Below, piece after piece: positions 27,901 to 38,698 of a stretch of DNA of 64,000 nt. Origin of the DNA: Antedon mediterranea (taxonomy: Eukaryota > Animalia > Echinodermata); NCBI RefSeq assembly GCF_964355755.1, contig NC_092677.1:27019175-27083174 (forward strand), read 5' to 3'. A program made the position numbers and the translations under genes. The notes beneath the pieces are model-generated. The model saw nothing but the letters and a program-made list of their open reading frames with translations, was not told where the DNA came from and ran no database searches. Every line of letters starts with the position of its first letter. Positions within the stretch are counted from its first letter, which is position 1.

Positions 27901-28098
27901 TCATTTTTAGATGCTGACTGGGTCATCATTATCTTTAATTTCCAAATGAATGATGACAAACACTAATAAAGGTATTACATTACCGTACACGTGTATTAAA
28001 TTGACCTTACCTGCTGCTTTATTCTGGGAACTACTGCACGATGACATGATGTTGCTCTCGTGGATGCGGCTAGCTAAAAAGGAGATTGAACGTAACAT
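9969..28098 (-). CDS. RREB1: Ras-responsive element-binding protein 1 / hindsight-like C2H2 zinc-finger transcription factor, about 1700 aa, three coding exons
   Basis: Exon 3 (14582-9969) has the RREB1-type fingers [54 protein letters not shown], a PLDFS CtBP-type motif and a DLTSISKML motif. Exon 2 15202-14799 joins in phase 0. Candidate exon 1 28098-28011 ends GCAG|GTAAG and joins exon 2 in phase 1 with an open frame; exon 1 is less certain. Confidence 0.9.
16750..16892 (+). mobile_element. 143-bp insertion with 16-bp direct flanks and a hammerhead-like core (Penelope/retrozyme-like remnant)
   Basis: aatatatacacccatt at 16734-16749 and 16893-16908; CTGATGA(16761)...GAAAGCTC(16783-16790) inside. 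Confidence 0.5.
18933..19105. repeat. 19-bp minisatellite (ggggacgggagagtagcaa), about 9 copies
   Basis: Directly visible near-perfect tandem array; explains the repetitive ORFs 18905-19140. Confidence 0.97.
19130..20439. mobile_element. Non-autonomous hAT-like DNA transposon, 1310 bp
   Basis: TIR CAGGGCATCA...TGATGCCCTG, subterminal cgctcct/aggagagc repeats at both ends, ggtgtg on both flanks, no transposase ORF. Confidence 0.8.
20444..20495. repeat. 18-bp tandem repeat (gtaggatagtagggaggt) interrupted by the hAT-like element, followed by (GA)n
   Basis: About 3 units here and one more unit at 19107-19129 on the other side of the element. Confidence 0.8.
20673..20806. mobile_element. MITE family A copy
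   Basis: agctctgtgtacactatcaaac...gatagtgtagacagagct. Confidence 0.9.
22499..22982 (-). mobile_element. Solo LTR, 484 bp, Gypsy-like
   Basis: TGT...ACA ends with 4-bp direct flanks ATAT; on the minus strand TATATAAAG (about 22775-22783) precedes ATTAAA (about 22619-22624); internal 12-bp repeat atccaacctcta x4. Confidence 0.75.
23112..23268. mobile_element. Small MITE with AGG(A/G)GCGGAT...ATCCGCCCCT ends
   Basis: caggagcggatttag ... ctggatccgcccct imperfect TIRs; a more degenerate relative at about 18474-18605. Confidence 0.6.
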
Positions 28099-28732
28099 CC
28101 AACCACCGACAGCCTATACTCCGCTCATAAATATTCATGACACGGACACAATCCGGAAAATCTCAGGTGACGCATTTAGACAGAGACTAAGTACAATTGT
28201 ATTTTCAAAGAAACCTCCGTCGATGAGAACAATCCCGGAATCAAAGAAGCGGTATTTAAGCACAATAAAATGATGACGATGTCAAATTCTGTACTTAGCC
28301 TCCATTAAACGAACTAAGTAGACGCTGACTGGGATAGGCCAAATGCGTACCGGGTAACTATCCAGGGTCGTGTTCCCTGGGAGACAGGGAGACATAAATC
28401 ACATGAAAAATCCATCGTTACAGTACGTAATACTACAGTATAAATGTCATACTAAATGTTATACTATAGTATAATGTTACAATATACCATTTTGGGCTAA
28501 AAAAATATTTATGATTACAGTAATACTAGGTTAGGCATACATTCCTCCGCCATCGCATCTTCTCCATTGTGGGCGTGTCTAGGGTGGAGGGATTTATTAA
28601 TTTAATTTTTAGCTATCCTATCCCATAGATATCCTCATCTCGGATCACCCTCATGGTGAGGGGGTTCGGGGTTGGGGTGCCATGATCACCTTGTCACTTA
28701 GATGCTATTACGTAATCATTAATGAGTAAGAT

Positions 28733-28760
28733 CATGGAGTAACTTATTCTTTACTCCATG
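28733..28760. mobile_element. 28-bp TIR-only element with 7-bp target duplication
   Basis: gtaagat|CATGGAGTAA cttattct TTACTCCATG|gtaagat. Confidence 0.65.
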
Positions 28761-29119
28761 GTAAGATCCTGAAAATTGTGATATTTATAGTAGGCCTACG
28801 GTAACTTGCATTACCAAATGTGTAATTCGAAAGTGTATAGGTCTATTTCTATATCAGCAACAACAATGATAAAAAAAACCATGACATTTGCGATAGAATT
28901 AATTTAATTAATTATTATATTTTCACAACGATTTTTTTTTCTTTTTTATTTACAACAGAAACAAATTAATTTATCAAGATAACTTATTTTTAATATACCA
29001 CATCCAATAATGATAATTAATAAAGAGGAAAATTATCCATGCTAATAATCAATTTTTTAAATAAAACCTAACATTTTTTTTTGTGTAAAGAAATGGTAAA
29101 TCTACAAGTTTTGCCGTCG

Positions 29120-29330
29120 TATACACGGCGGTCCGTATCCCTCTGAACTCAGCCGCTTTTTAAGTACGTTCTTCTTTGCCGACGACGCGCCGTTTTGTGG
29201 TATGAGCGTGCGCAGACTGTTCTGTCTCTACAGAGATGAGAAAAGCGTCTATTGGAAAACGGAAGTGGTTACTTAAAAACAAAAACGCTTTTCAGAATTG
29301 TTCTACTTTGGCCTAATTAAATACGGTAAA
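29120..29330 (+). promoter_or_regulatory. CpG-rich HSBP1 promoter, divergent from RREB1
   Basis: Local CpG enrichment, GCGTGCGCA (NRF1-like, 29206), ATTGG (29251) and CGGAAGTG (ETS, 29260) upstream of ATG 29331. Confidence 0.55.
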
Positions 29331-30255
29331 ATGTCGCATGTAAAGCAAGAACTAGTGGATTCCGAAGTAGTACCTGCCACAGCAGACCCAAAGAATGTAC
29401 AAGATTTAACCCAATTTGTAAGTATATTATTATAAAGCAAAATTTAGCTGCTAAACCTTTCGCTAATCCTAGGCCTAGCAGAGTTAAAACGAAAATGAAG
29501 TTACAGCACTTTAGTGCGATATAGTCCCGTTATTATGAACTGCCAAGTGTCACCTACATGGGCCTAGGATTTCGATCTCATTTTCTATAGTTTAGGATCT
29601 AACTTGTATTGCAGGTTATTAAACAAGTAAATAAGATCCTATTCATATTATGTTAAATTAATAATTAACAGAACTGAACTTTGTTTTCTTCTTTTTCAGG
29701 TACAGCAACTTTTACAGCAAATGCAAGACAGATTCCAAAATATGTCCGACCAAATTATTACAAGAAATATCCTTTGAAATTGATTTACTGTATTTATATA
29801 TTTTTACAATATTTTAATTGATTCTAATAAATATTATTACTGTATTAATAAACATTTATATTGTGCCAATTAAATATATAAACCACATCGCTTTCTTGTC
29901 GATGCTTTTATTGTAGAACGCAATTTATTTATTTTTCTCTGTTCTGGGTTGACCAACTAGCATAGGTGTTTAGCACCTGTTTGGTCTTTCCGTGCCTCCT
30001 TTTATAATTGTTTTGTCTTATGTTTATGGCAGAAATTGAATAAATAAAAAAAAAATCCTGAAATTTGATAAAATAAGCGAGTTTTCAATTTTTAAATGAA
30101 TTAAAAACAGCTGGGTAATTATTTCTTGCTATATCTTTCTTTTGAATCCTTAATGAATAAAAATACTAGATGATATGGGATCCCGCATCGATTCCTTGGA
30201 AAAGAACATAGCAGACCTTATGACGCAAGCTGGAGTAGATGAACCAGAGAAATAA
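29331..30255 (+). CDS. HSBP1: Heat shock factor-binding protein 1, three exons (29331-29417, 29700-29766, 30167-30255)
   Basis: Splices to [80 protein letters not shown], the HSBP1 coiled-coil signature; missed by the ORF track. Confidence 0.96.
29767..30166 (+). other. U12-type (minor spliceosome) AT-AC intron of HSBP1
   Basis: 5' end ATATCCTTT, branch-like TCCTTAAT at 30147-30154, 3' end AC; removal restores R-I-D-D-M in frame. Confidence 0.93.
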
Positions 30256-32021
30256 CAAGCCAATCATTTTTTCTACTACTTCAAGTTCTGTGTAATTTAA
30301 TTTGTCTGTTTGTACAGAGCACTGAGTGAACAATTGTTGTGTACAGTATATTAATGTGAACATGTCATGCGTAGTTAACTATTTTGAATTGCTTGGTTTA
30401 ACATGTTTTAAACAAGAGATGAGCACTATAAAAATAAAGAACTTTTTTCTAAGTATTTGATATGTTTTTATAATATGTAATCATGAACATTACTTGATTG
30501 CGACTAGCTGTACAGGCACGCCTATTAGTCTAGGTTGTAGACAACAAGCAGCTTAATAAATGTGATAGTCGTTATATGGCATACCAAGCTGGAATCATCT
30601 AGTTACAAACAAAAATCAAAATGCTTATAAAGTAATTAATCATTAATTTTTTTATTTATCACCAATTATTATTGAAATTATGATGTAAAAGAAAACAATA
30701 ACTTGGGGCCACACCCTTACATTTTGAAATTATATTTTTGGGTATAGGCTAACTATTACATTTGTAACAAGAAGCCATACGTATATACGGTAAATACTTT
30801 TATGTAAATGTTTTCGAAATAAACTTAAATATGTACTGAAATTATTTAATAGACGGGGGTTTATTTATCATAAGAAAGAGCTCGTTTTTACGTTTGTTTT
30901 TTTGAATAAATATTTTGTTGTTATGAATAATGTGTGTGTGCCTCTTTTTTTTTAAACAAATTTGCAATTATTGTGGAAGATTTTTCACTTTAAACATTTT
31001 GCTAAAGTAAAATGAGTATGACAGTATACACAACAATGAAAACCAAAATCTAGATACAATTATAATTTGCATAGTTTTATAACACACAAGTTCACTTATA
31101 AACAAAATACTATATATTAGTTACTATATTACTGCAAGTACAACTCACCCTAACAATCCTAGTTAAAGTACTTTTTAATTGACAAATGGCAGACCATTTG
31201 GATGGTTTGGCAGTAATCAAATATTCATACCAAAGGAACAACACTTTTATCCGATTGTTTATAAAGATCTACAACTCTGGAAACCATATTCAATAGTGGC
31301 GTCAATTACACCCAGAAAATGAAAGCTCGGTTTTGAAAATTGTAACAATTAAACATAAACTATTGCACTATTAACAAGCCTGGTGGGATGATTTTGATAA
31401 CTGATTTAAATGGGATGATGAAGTCGTGGTATTGTCCTTAATAATCATATCCTTGATTTGAATCATGTTCAATGTTAAGATATTTTTAAAAACTTATCTA
31501 CCTATGGACGGTATAGTGATTATAGTCACCGATTGCCAAATAGGTTTAAATAACTAAAACAATGAGTTTTAAAAGTATCAAAATAAAAAGTTCCAACTAC
31601 TTAATTTGTGTATAAAAATAAAAGAATTAATTTAATAAGTTAATTTTCAAGGTATCAAACTTTATGGAAATAAATACATCCATAAACTGGTAGAATTATT
31701 ATTTCAATTCAAACATGTGTAGCTATGTACAATTATTTTAAATACTAAATATGGGTTAAAAAATAAAATTTAAAATCAATATTACAAATAAAAAATATAT
31801 CTGCTCATTTGTATGAGCAGTAGTTGAAAGGCACATCATACTTATTAGGTTTTATCATGTTAATATAATGATATGCTAATTGATTTCAATCATACATACA
31901 CATCCAATCAGAATAAAAATAACCATCATTTCATGCTGATAATTAAAGCTGACATCACCACTCGCATCCAAACTTTCAGCAGTATCCATTTTGGCGACAG
32001 AGGGCGTTGTGTCACTTACGG

Positions 32022-35000
32022 TCATAACCTGGCAGAATTTGTGGATTTCTGGTAGAATAGAACGTAAGCCTGGGAAGACTTAATAGTGGTATCGGACACT
32101 TCATCAACTCTGTAAAAAATTAAGTTTAATGGGTTAAATTAATTGCAGTGATTGTATACCTGCTGTTACACAAAGACAATGTATACAGCCTAACAGTCAA
32201 CTCTTTCAATACCAGACTTTTCTTGAGGTCCAAAAAGTCCCCAATTCCTTTTTTCCATTAAAAGCACATTCTCAATACCAGACTTTCTGGGAAACCAGAT
32301 ATATTTTGCCAGCCCAAATTTGTCCGGTTTTGGGACTGTAGTAAGTATACTATTAGATGGTAGAACAAATGTAAAACAATCCACTATAATCACAGCTTCA
32401 ATAATTATTAACTATCTGAATTTTGTTGTTTATTTATTGGATAAGTTTGTTAAAAACATTAACAAATAATGAAATGTAATCAAACCTAGTGTCATCATAG
32501 CAAAACCATTTATTGTGTATGGCGTGCTTAGCATGAGCAATGTAGTGACCGCCGTATGTAAATCCTGAGTGGTTAGAGGTGGCAATAAGATGGTAACTGT
32601 CTTCTTTGTCTACAAAATAAGAGAGTGGTTAGGCTTGAGGTAATTTGGTAATTCATACACATTTATTCAGTTATAACAATAAAAAATTGGGGCTCGCACT
32701 AGAAGCAAAAGCTTGTCTCACGAGGGCCCAATAATACAAAGAGGTAGCAATAAGATGTCTAGAAAATAAGAGATGTTAGGCTTAAGGTAATTGGGTAATT
32801 CATACACATTCATTCAGTTATTTGCCAATTTTTTTATAAATAATTAAATACTTACAAGTGTCACTGCAACAAAAAGGAGCCAAACTAAGATTACTGACGG
32901 GAAAATCAACAAAGTTTGAAAGTTTAGATCGCCCAGAAAAACGCTTTAAATCTGACAGAACACGTCAAGAAAAACTAAACATCATTTATATAATAAGTAA
33001 CACTGTATTTAAATTCTGACAGACAAAACAAGTAAACATGATTTAAACAAAAAATAATATTGATAAAAGTCATCTCTCTAAATAAAAATATCTGGAGTTA
33101 ACTATACACCTGTACATCACCGGTCAGTCCAATGGTGTATGTACAAACAACTTGATATTGTCGGTCAGGCCAATGGTGTCTGAAAAGTTAACTGGACCTT
33201 ATCAGTCAGGCCAAGGGTGTCTGGAAAGTTAACTGGACAATGTCAGCCACACCGAGAGTGTCTGAAAAGTTAACTGGACATTATCAGCCAGACCAAGAGT
33301 GACTGGAAAGTTAACTGGACAATATTGTTTAGACCAAGAGTGGCCAACGAGTTAAATGTAAATTAAATTATAAATAAGGATACGAATGACAAGTATATGT
33401 GGAATTCTTTGAATGGAGAAAGACTTGAGGCATCTTCTTTTGGCTTTACATTTGCTACACACCTGAAAAAAAAAAACAATTTATCAAGTAACCAGTTAAT
33501 TATATTTTGTCAAATATCTGCTCAATAATACATTACAATACTTTGCAAAACATGCAAAGTTTAACAAAGCCAAATAAAGACTTTTATATTTATAGTTTAT
33601 CACTTTATTTGGTATTGTGAATGAACTCATAGACTTTTCTATCCATACACCTCAAGCCTACTGGAAGGGACTGGAACAGATCACATGGTAAACTCATACT
33701 TTTCTTTACAAACAAATGTTCTTGGTGCAAATGCCTGGGTTTTATCACTTCAACACCACTTTAATTTAGTAGTTTAGTTAAATAGTAAAAAACAATTAGA
33801 AAGAAAATATTTCATACCGGCCTTTCATCACCATCTAGCACCTCTTGTTTTGTGAACTCTTTCAGGCAATCAATCAAGGTAACACTACTTATATTCTATC
33901 AAATAAAAAAAAACATTATTATAAACTTACTTTTTTAAATTTTATATTATCTATAAGTATAAAGTTATGTCTACACTATCAAACTTTATGTGACAAAAAA
34001 ATGTGATGTGCCCATATATGGACATGATGATGTCATATCACTTACTACCATATTTGAGCATATACCATATTTGGGCACATCACACTTTTGTTGTCAAACT
34101 AGTTTGATAGTGTAGACAGAGCTTTAAACGCTGACCTAGTACATGGTCATTGAGTGCAACCCACAAACTTTACCCAATTTCATGTTCATGGTGGAGGACT
34201 AGGTAAACAGTTGTTTAAACTATGCAAGTAATACAAACATTTTGAAACTCACTCACCCGTGGGATAGGAAGCGATAAGTCCCAAAAAGGGTCAAAGGTCA
34301 CAGAGCGATTGTTACACTCACTACACTCCAGTACACTCTTGAGTTGCCCAACAAATAAGTTAGAAAAGAATGAAGACTCTCTGGCGAGGTAGATTTTCCA
34401 GGCTTTACTTGCCTTATCCTCTTCACTAAAAACAAACAGAAAATGTTGTGCAAATTTTAAAATGAAATGCACAGACTTTTTTTTAAAAGAAGACTTGTTT
34501 TGTAATTTAGGGTCACCCTCTATAAATAAGGTGAAATAAAAATAAATAAAGTATTTAAAAGATAGTCATTTAAAGTAACCTAAGTCATATTCATTCTAAA
34601 AACTTTTAAAAAAAACCTTCCAATATAAGGCCAAGTAGCTTATTTCTAAAGCTCTGTCTACACTATCAAACTTTATGTGACAAAAAATATGGACATGATG
34701 ATGTCATATCACTACCATATTTGGGCATATCACTACTACATTTGGTCACATCACACCCTTTTTGTCAACTAGTTGATAGTATAGACAGAGCTTTAAGATC
34801 AATAAATGGAGGATGTAGAATTGTGGAGTGAAATAGGGGTGGGGAAGGGTGTGAATTGTGGAGTGAAATAGGGGTGGGGAGGGGTGTGAATTGTGGAGTG
34901 AAATAGGGGTGGGGAGGGGTGTGAATTGTGGATTAAAATAGGGGTGGGGAGGGGTGTGAATTGTGGAGTGAAATAGGGGTGGGGAGGGGTGTGAATTGTG

Positions 35001-38000
35001 GAGTGAAATAGGGGTGGGGAGGGGTGTGAATTGTGGATTGAAATAGGGGTGGGGAGGGGTGTGAATTGTGGAGTGAAATAGGGGTGGGGAGGGGTGTGAA
35101 TTGTGGAGTGAAATAGGGGTGGGGAGGGGTGTGAATTGTGGAGTGAAATAGGGGTGGGGAGGGGTGTGAATTGTGGATTGAAATAGGGGTGGGGAGGGGT
35201 GTGAATTGTGGAGTGAAATAGGGGTGGGGAGGGGTGTGAATTGTGGATTGAAATAGGGGTGGGGAGGGGTGTGAATTGTGGAGTGAAATAGGGGTGGGGA
35301 GGGGTGTGAATTGTGGAGTGAAATAGGGGTGAGGAGGGGTGTGAATTGTGGATTGAAATAGGGGTGGGGAGGGGTGTGAATTGTGGAGTGAAATAGGGGT
35401 GGGGAGGGGTGTGAATTGTGGAGTGAAATAGGGGTGGGGAGGGTGTGAATTGTGGAGTGAAATAGGGGTGGGGAGGGGTGTGAATCTGTCTATGTTTCTG
35501 TTTCTCTTATCTTACATACCTCAGCATATCTTCTGTTTTATTTTCAATGTATTTTGGAGGTTTCTTAACAGAGTTTGTGTCCTCATGTAACGCTTCTAAT
35601 AAATAACGTAAAAACTCTTGTGAATCATGCTGACTAAAAAAAGAAGAAAAAATGTTATGCTGTAGCTACTTTTAGTGATAATATATATCAAATCTAATGA
35701 GTGGTCAAGCGGTTAAGACAGTGGAACCGTAATTACGTAGCCATCAGCAAGGGTTCGAGCCTCACTTGCTCCATGGTTCTGGTGGTAGAAAGAGTCTTCT
35801 CGGATAAAGACTATAAACCGTAGGTCCAGTGTACACATCTAGCTCATGTGCACTTTAAAGAACCTAGTACATCCTTCGAGACAAGTAGGGGGTTACCCAT
35901 GTGTACTAGTACACACACAGACACTGTCACTCACACATACTGGGTACTGTGGAGAACAGGCTTCCTAGTATAAAGAATTAAAATAAATAAAATAATCTAT
36001 CATATACAAATGAAATAAATATTTTACCGTGCTCCTCTAAACTGTTCAAAGTAGCAATCCAAGCAGTCTTTGAAATTCTTTGGTGAAAATGCTGTTCTAG
36101 TACTGGTTTCTGCAGGAACCCATAGATTTTTCATGACATTTGCAAATGCTGTAGTAAATAAAGTTTGAATTAAGCAAATGTCAGAATGTATGTTGTTGCT
36201 GTTGAGCTTTTAGGAGGACATTATGAGGGTATTTTTATGTCAATAAATAACAACATAATAACAAAAGCCATCTGAAAAAAACAACAACAAAATTTATAAA
36301 TTTTTTCAAATTGGTCAATTTTAATAATAGTCCAAAATATCTTTAAAATTATTTCCTTAAAACTGGACACAGTGGGTCACCATAAGGTGAGTCAGAATTG
36401 GGATAGTTGCTATTGTCAAACACTGAATGTATTGCTATAAATAAAGGTTCCTGTACTTTAAACAAGTTTAGAATCAAGGTCTATATATGGCAAGTGTTTT
36501 AAGCCCTGTCTACACTATCAAACTAGTTTGACAAAAAAGTGTGATGTGCCCATATATGGCAGTGATATGACATCATCATGTCCATATATCACATTTTTTT
36601 GTCAGTTTGATAGTGTAGACAGAGCTTTAGGTCAAAACAAAATGAACAAACTTACCTTTGATGAGTTTTCCTTGAGTCCTACTGTTGGTAGCATTAATGT
36701 CAAACATATAGTTGTCTTTGACAATGTACTCCTGAAGAAGATCACAATTACCAAGACACTGCAGCACAGAATTCATAAAACACTGAAAATAAATATCAAT
36801 GATCACACATAATCATTTCTTGTGTAATGATCGGTCTACACTATCAAACTTCATTATTGTCCCTTTGACTAATTCCAAAAAAATAAAAAATAAAAGATAT
36901 AAAAAAAAAAGTGGATCATTTTGAAGTATCATAATATTTATTAACTTTCACCAAAAATTAGTAGAAAAAAAAATCATTTAACTGAAATACAGACGTTTTT
37001 TTGTTCAAAAAATAACTTTGACTTCCAGTCAAAGTTTTTGATCAAAACATATCTCATAATTTTTTTTATTTTATTTTATTTCATACTCATCCAACAGCGA
37101 GTAACCTGCCAATTACAGGATGGATAAACTATTTAATAATTTCACAAGACAAACATATACACAAGATGCTCTACATAAACAAAGACTTATTATTAAGTCT
37201 TTGGGAGTGGAGTTGTAAATTGTCATGAGAAAAAAACCCTGACATATGACAGGACTTGAACCCAGGACCCTTAGATTGGTAGCCAAGCATCATAACCACC
37301 AAGCCACAACTCGCTTGTTTGGCTACTCTGTATGCATAATCATAAAACTTCCTCGCGATCTGTGTGAGAACACCTTCTCAACCGTGACAAGTTGTAAATA
37401 ATCCTAATTAGCATCATGCATAATGCATACTCGTGGTTTGAAATCTTTGTATACTTTCGCTCACGACGATTTTCCAGACGAAATGTAATCAAATTAATTT
37501 ACCTGTTAATTACGTAAACTTTTTGTTTTTGGCTCGAATTTTTGACTTAAAGTGAATAAATTTAATATTACTTTGATATGGCCAATTTAAATTTAGAATA
37601 TTTTGACCTTCATTTTTGTGTGTTTCAAGGGACAATACATGTTTAAATTGTTTAAGATACAGTACTACATGGGATACATACAAGTGACAATGTTAAAAAA
37701 CTAAACTAAACTTACGGTGTTGCCGATGTTGGTAAGTCCTATTCTTCCTCGTAAATCTTTCTTTACCTGCCGATGTCCCTACAAATATATTTAGAAATGG
37801 TTATATACCTCACTGTTAAAAACACACTGGTTGATACCTACTGTATATGAAATTTGTAGAAACCATTCAAGTCAGATCAATTTAAAATACGTCAAGTATT
37901 TTGGTAATGAGACTTCTTGCTTTTTACCAAAAATATAAAACTTGACATGCAGTTTTTTTTTGTTATAAAAGGCATGGCCTCATCTTAATGTTGTTTCTAT

Positions 38001-38698
38001 CTCTTTTTGGTGTTACACTGTATTATTAGTTTCTTATCTTTTCTGATTCTTGTCTTATAACTTACGTATGCATCAGTTGGAAGATTAGCTCCGTAGGAAT
38101 ATAGATTTTCTGATTGGCTTAATCTCCTTGTACGAGACTCAGGACGTGGAACATTCAATGGGTTATATGCACTGTTAAAGCTCTGTGTGCGTCTTCTCTG
38201 TGATTGGTAGTCCGCTGCTGAGTTGTAATCATAATCCCTACTTAAAGTTGACTTTGGTGGTGACAATGTATTTCTAAAATTAGAATCTTTTGACACCGGT
38301 GAATAAGTACGTGTTTTGTAGTTGCTTAGTGTTGGTGGAGAAGGACTTAACTTTCTATCTGCATAAGATGGTGGAGACAAACTCTTTCTGTAGGTTGTGT
38401 TACTTTTTAAAGAGCTGATGGTTGTACTGGAAAACTTTTTGCAGAGATTTTCAGTGCTTGACGACTTACTTGACAACTTAATGTTTGACAGTGACCCCAC
38501 ATGTGAAGTGTAATTATTGTTTTCAAAACCAGTATGTATAGCTTTTACTGGCCCAGATTTATTAACCTTTGGCCTTTTATATTTATAGCAGTGTAGTTTG
38601 GTGCCATCAGAGTTTAATGGACCAGGCCCTGCAGGTAAAGTGCGTTGACCCTGGTCCTTGCGGCGTGGTAACATACTTGTTGGTTGATGTCGTGACAT
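32022..38698 (-). CDS. USP2: Ubiquitin carboxyl-terminal hydrolase, USP2/USP21 family
   Basis: Ser-rich N-terminal exon 38698-38066, then exons giving Cys box GLTNIGNT|CFMNSVLQCL, QHDSQEFLRYLLEALHED, TFDPFWDLSLPIP, CLKEFTKQEVLDGDE, LVIHLKRF, His box NHSGFTYGGHY, and final AYVLFYQKSTNSARL*. Probable non-coding first exon ending near 39434. Confidence 0.88.
32952..33383 (-). other. U12-type GT-AG intron of the USP2-like gene
   Basis: Minus strand: 5' end GTATCCTT, branch-like TTCTTGAC about 10 nt before CAG; splits the His codon of LVI-H-LKRF. Confidence 0.85.
33160..33355. repeat. Degenerate ~41-bp tandem repeat, about 5 units
   Basis: Recurring tctg(a/g)aaagttaactggac core with alternating variants, inside the U12 intron. 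Confidence 0.85.
33963..34123. mobile_element. MITE family A copy
   Basis: agttatgtctacactatcaaac...gtttgatagtgtagacagagct. Confidence 0.9.
34650..34792. mobile_element. MITE family A copy
   Basis: agctctgtctacactatcaaac...gatagtatagacagagct. Confidence 0.9.
34818..35485. repeat. 35-bp G-rich minisatellite (gaattgtggagtgaaataggggtggggaggggtgt), about 19 copies
   Basis: Near-identical head-to-tail units with no spacers. Confidence 0.97.
35697..35995 (+). mobile_element. tRNA-headed SINE with a Deu/Nin-like central domain
   Basis: A-box-like tggtcaagcgg, B-box-like ggttcgagcc, then tcggataaagactataaaccgtaggtcc...ttaaagaacc...agtaggggg resembling the DeuSINE conserved domain, A-rich tail. Confidence 0.75.
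36502..36626. mobile_element. MITE family A copy
   Basis: agccctgtctacactatcaaac...gatagtgtagacagagct, TTA on both sides. Confidence 0.9.
37230..37312 (-). pseudogene. tRNA-like sequence (SINE head or tRNA pseudogene)
   Basis: Minus strand gagttgtggcttggtggtta...gggttcaagtcctg then a T8 run; A and B boxes present but no good acceptor stem. Confidence 0.55.

Noticed and set aside
34818-35485. 35-bp repeat array as a CRISPR array
   Set aside because: Units are head-to-tail with no unique spacers, no cas genes, eukaryotic intron context
37230-37312. Functional tRNA-Gly(ACC)
   Set aside because: Acceptor stem does not pair and the anticodon is atypical; better explained as a SINE head or pseudogene
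36855-37637. Possible TIR element (tattgtccctt...aagggacaata) around the tRNA-like sequence
   Set aside because: Only an 11-bp inverted match and no clear target duplication
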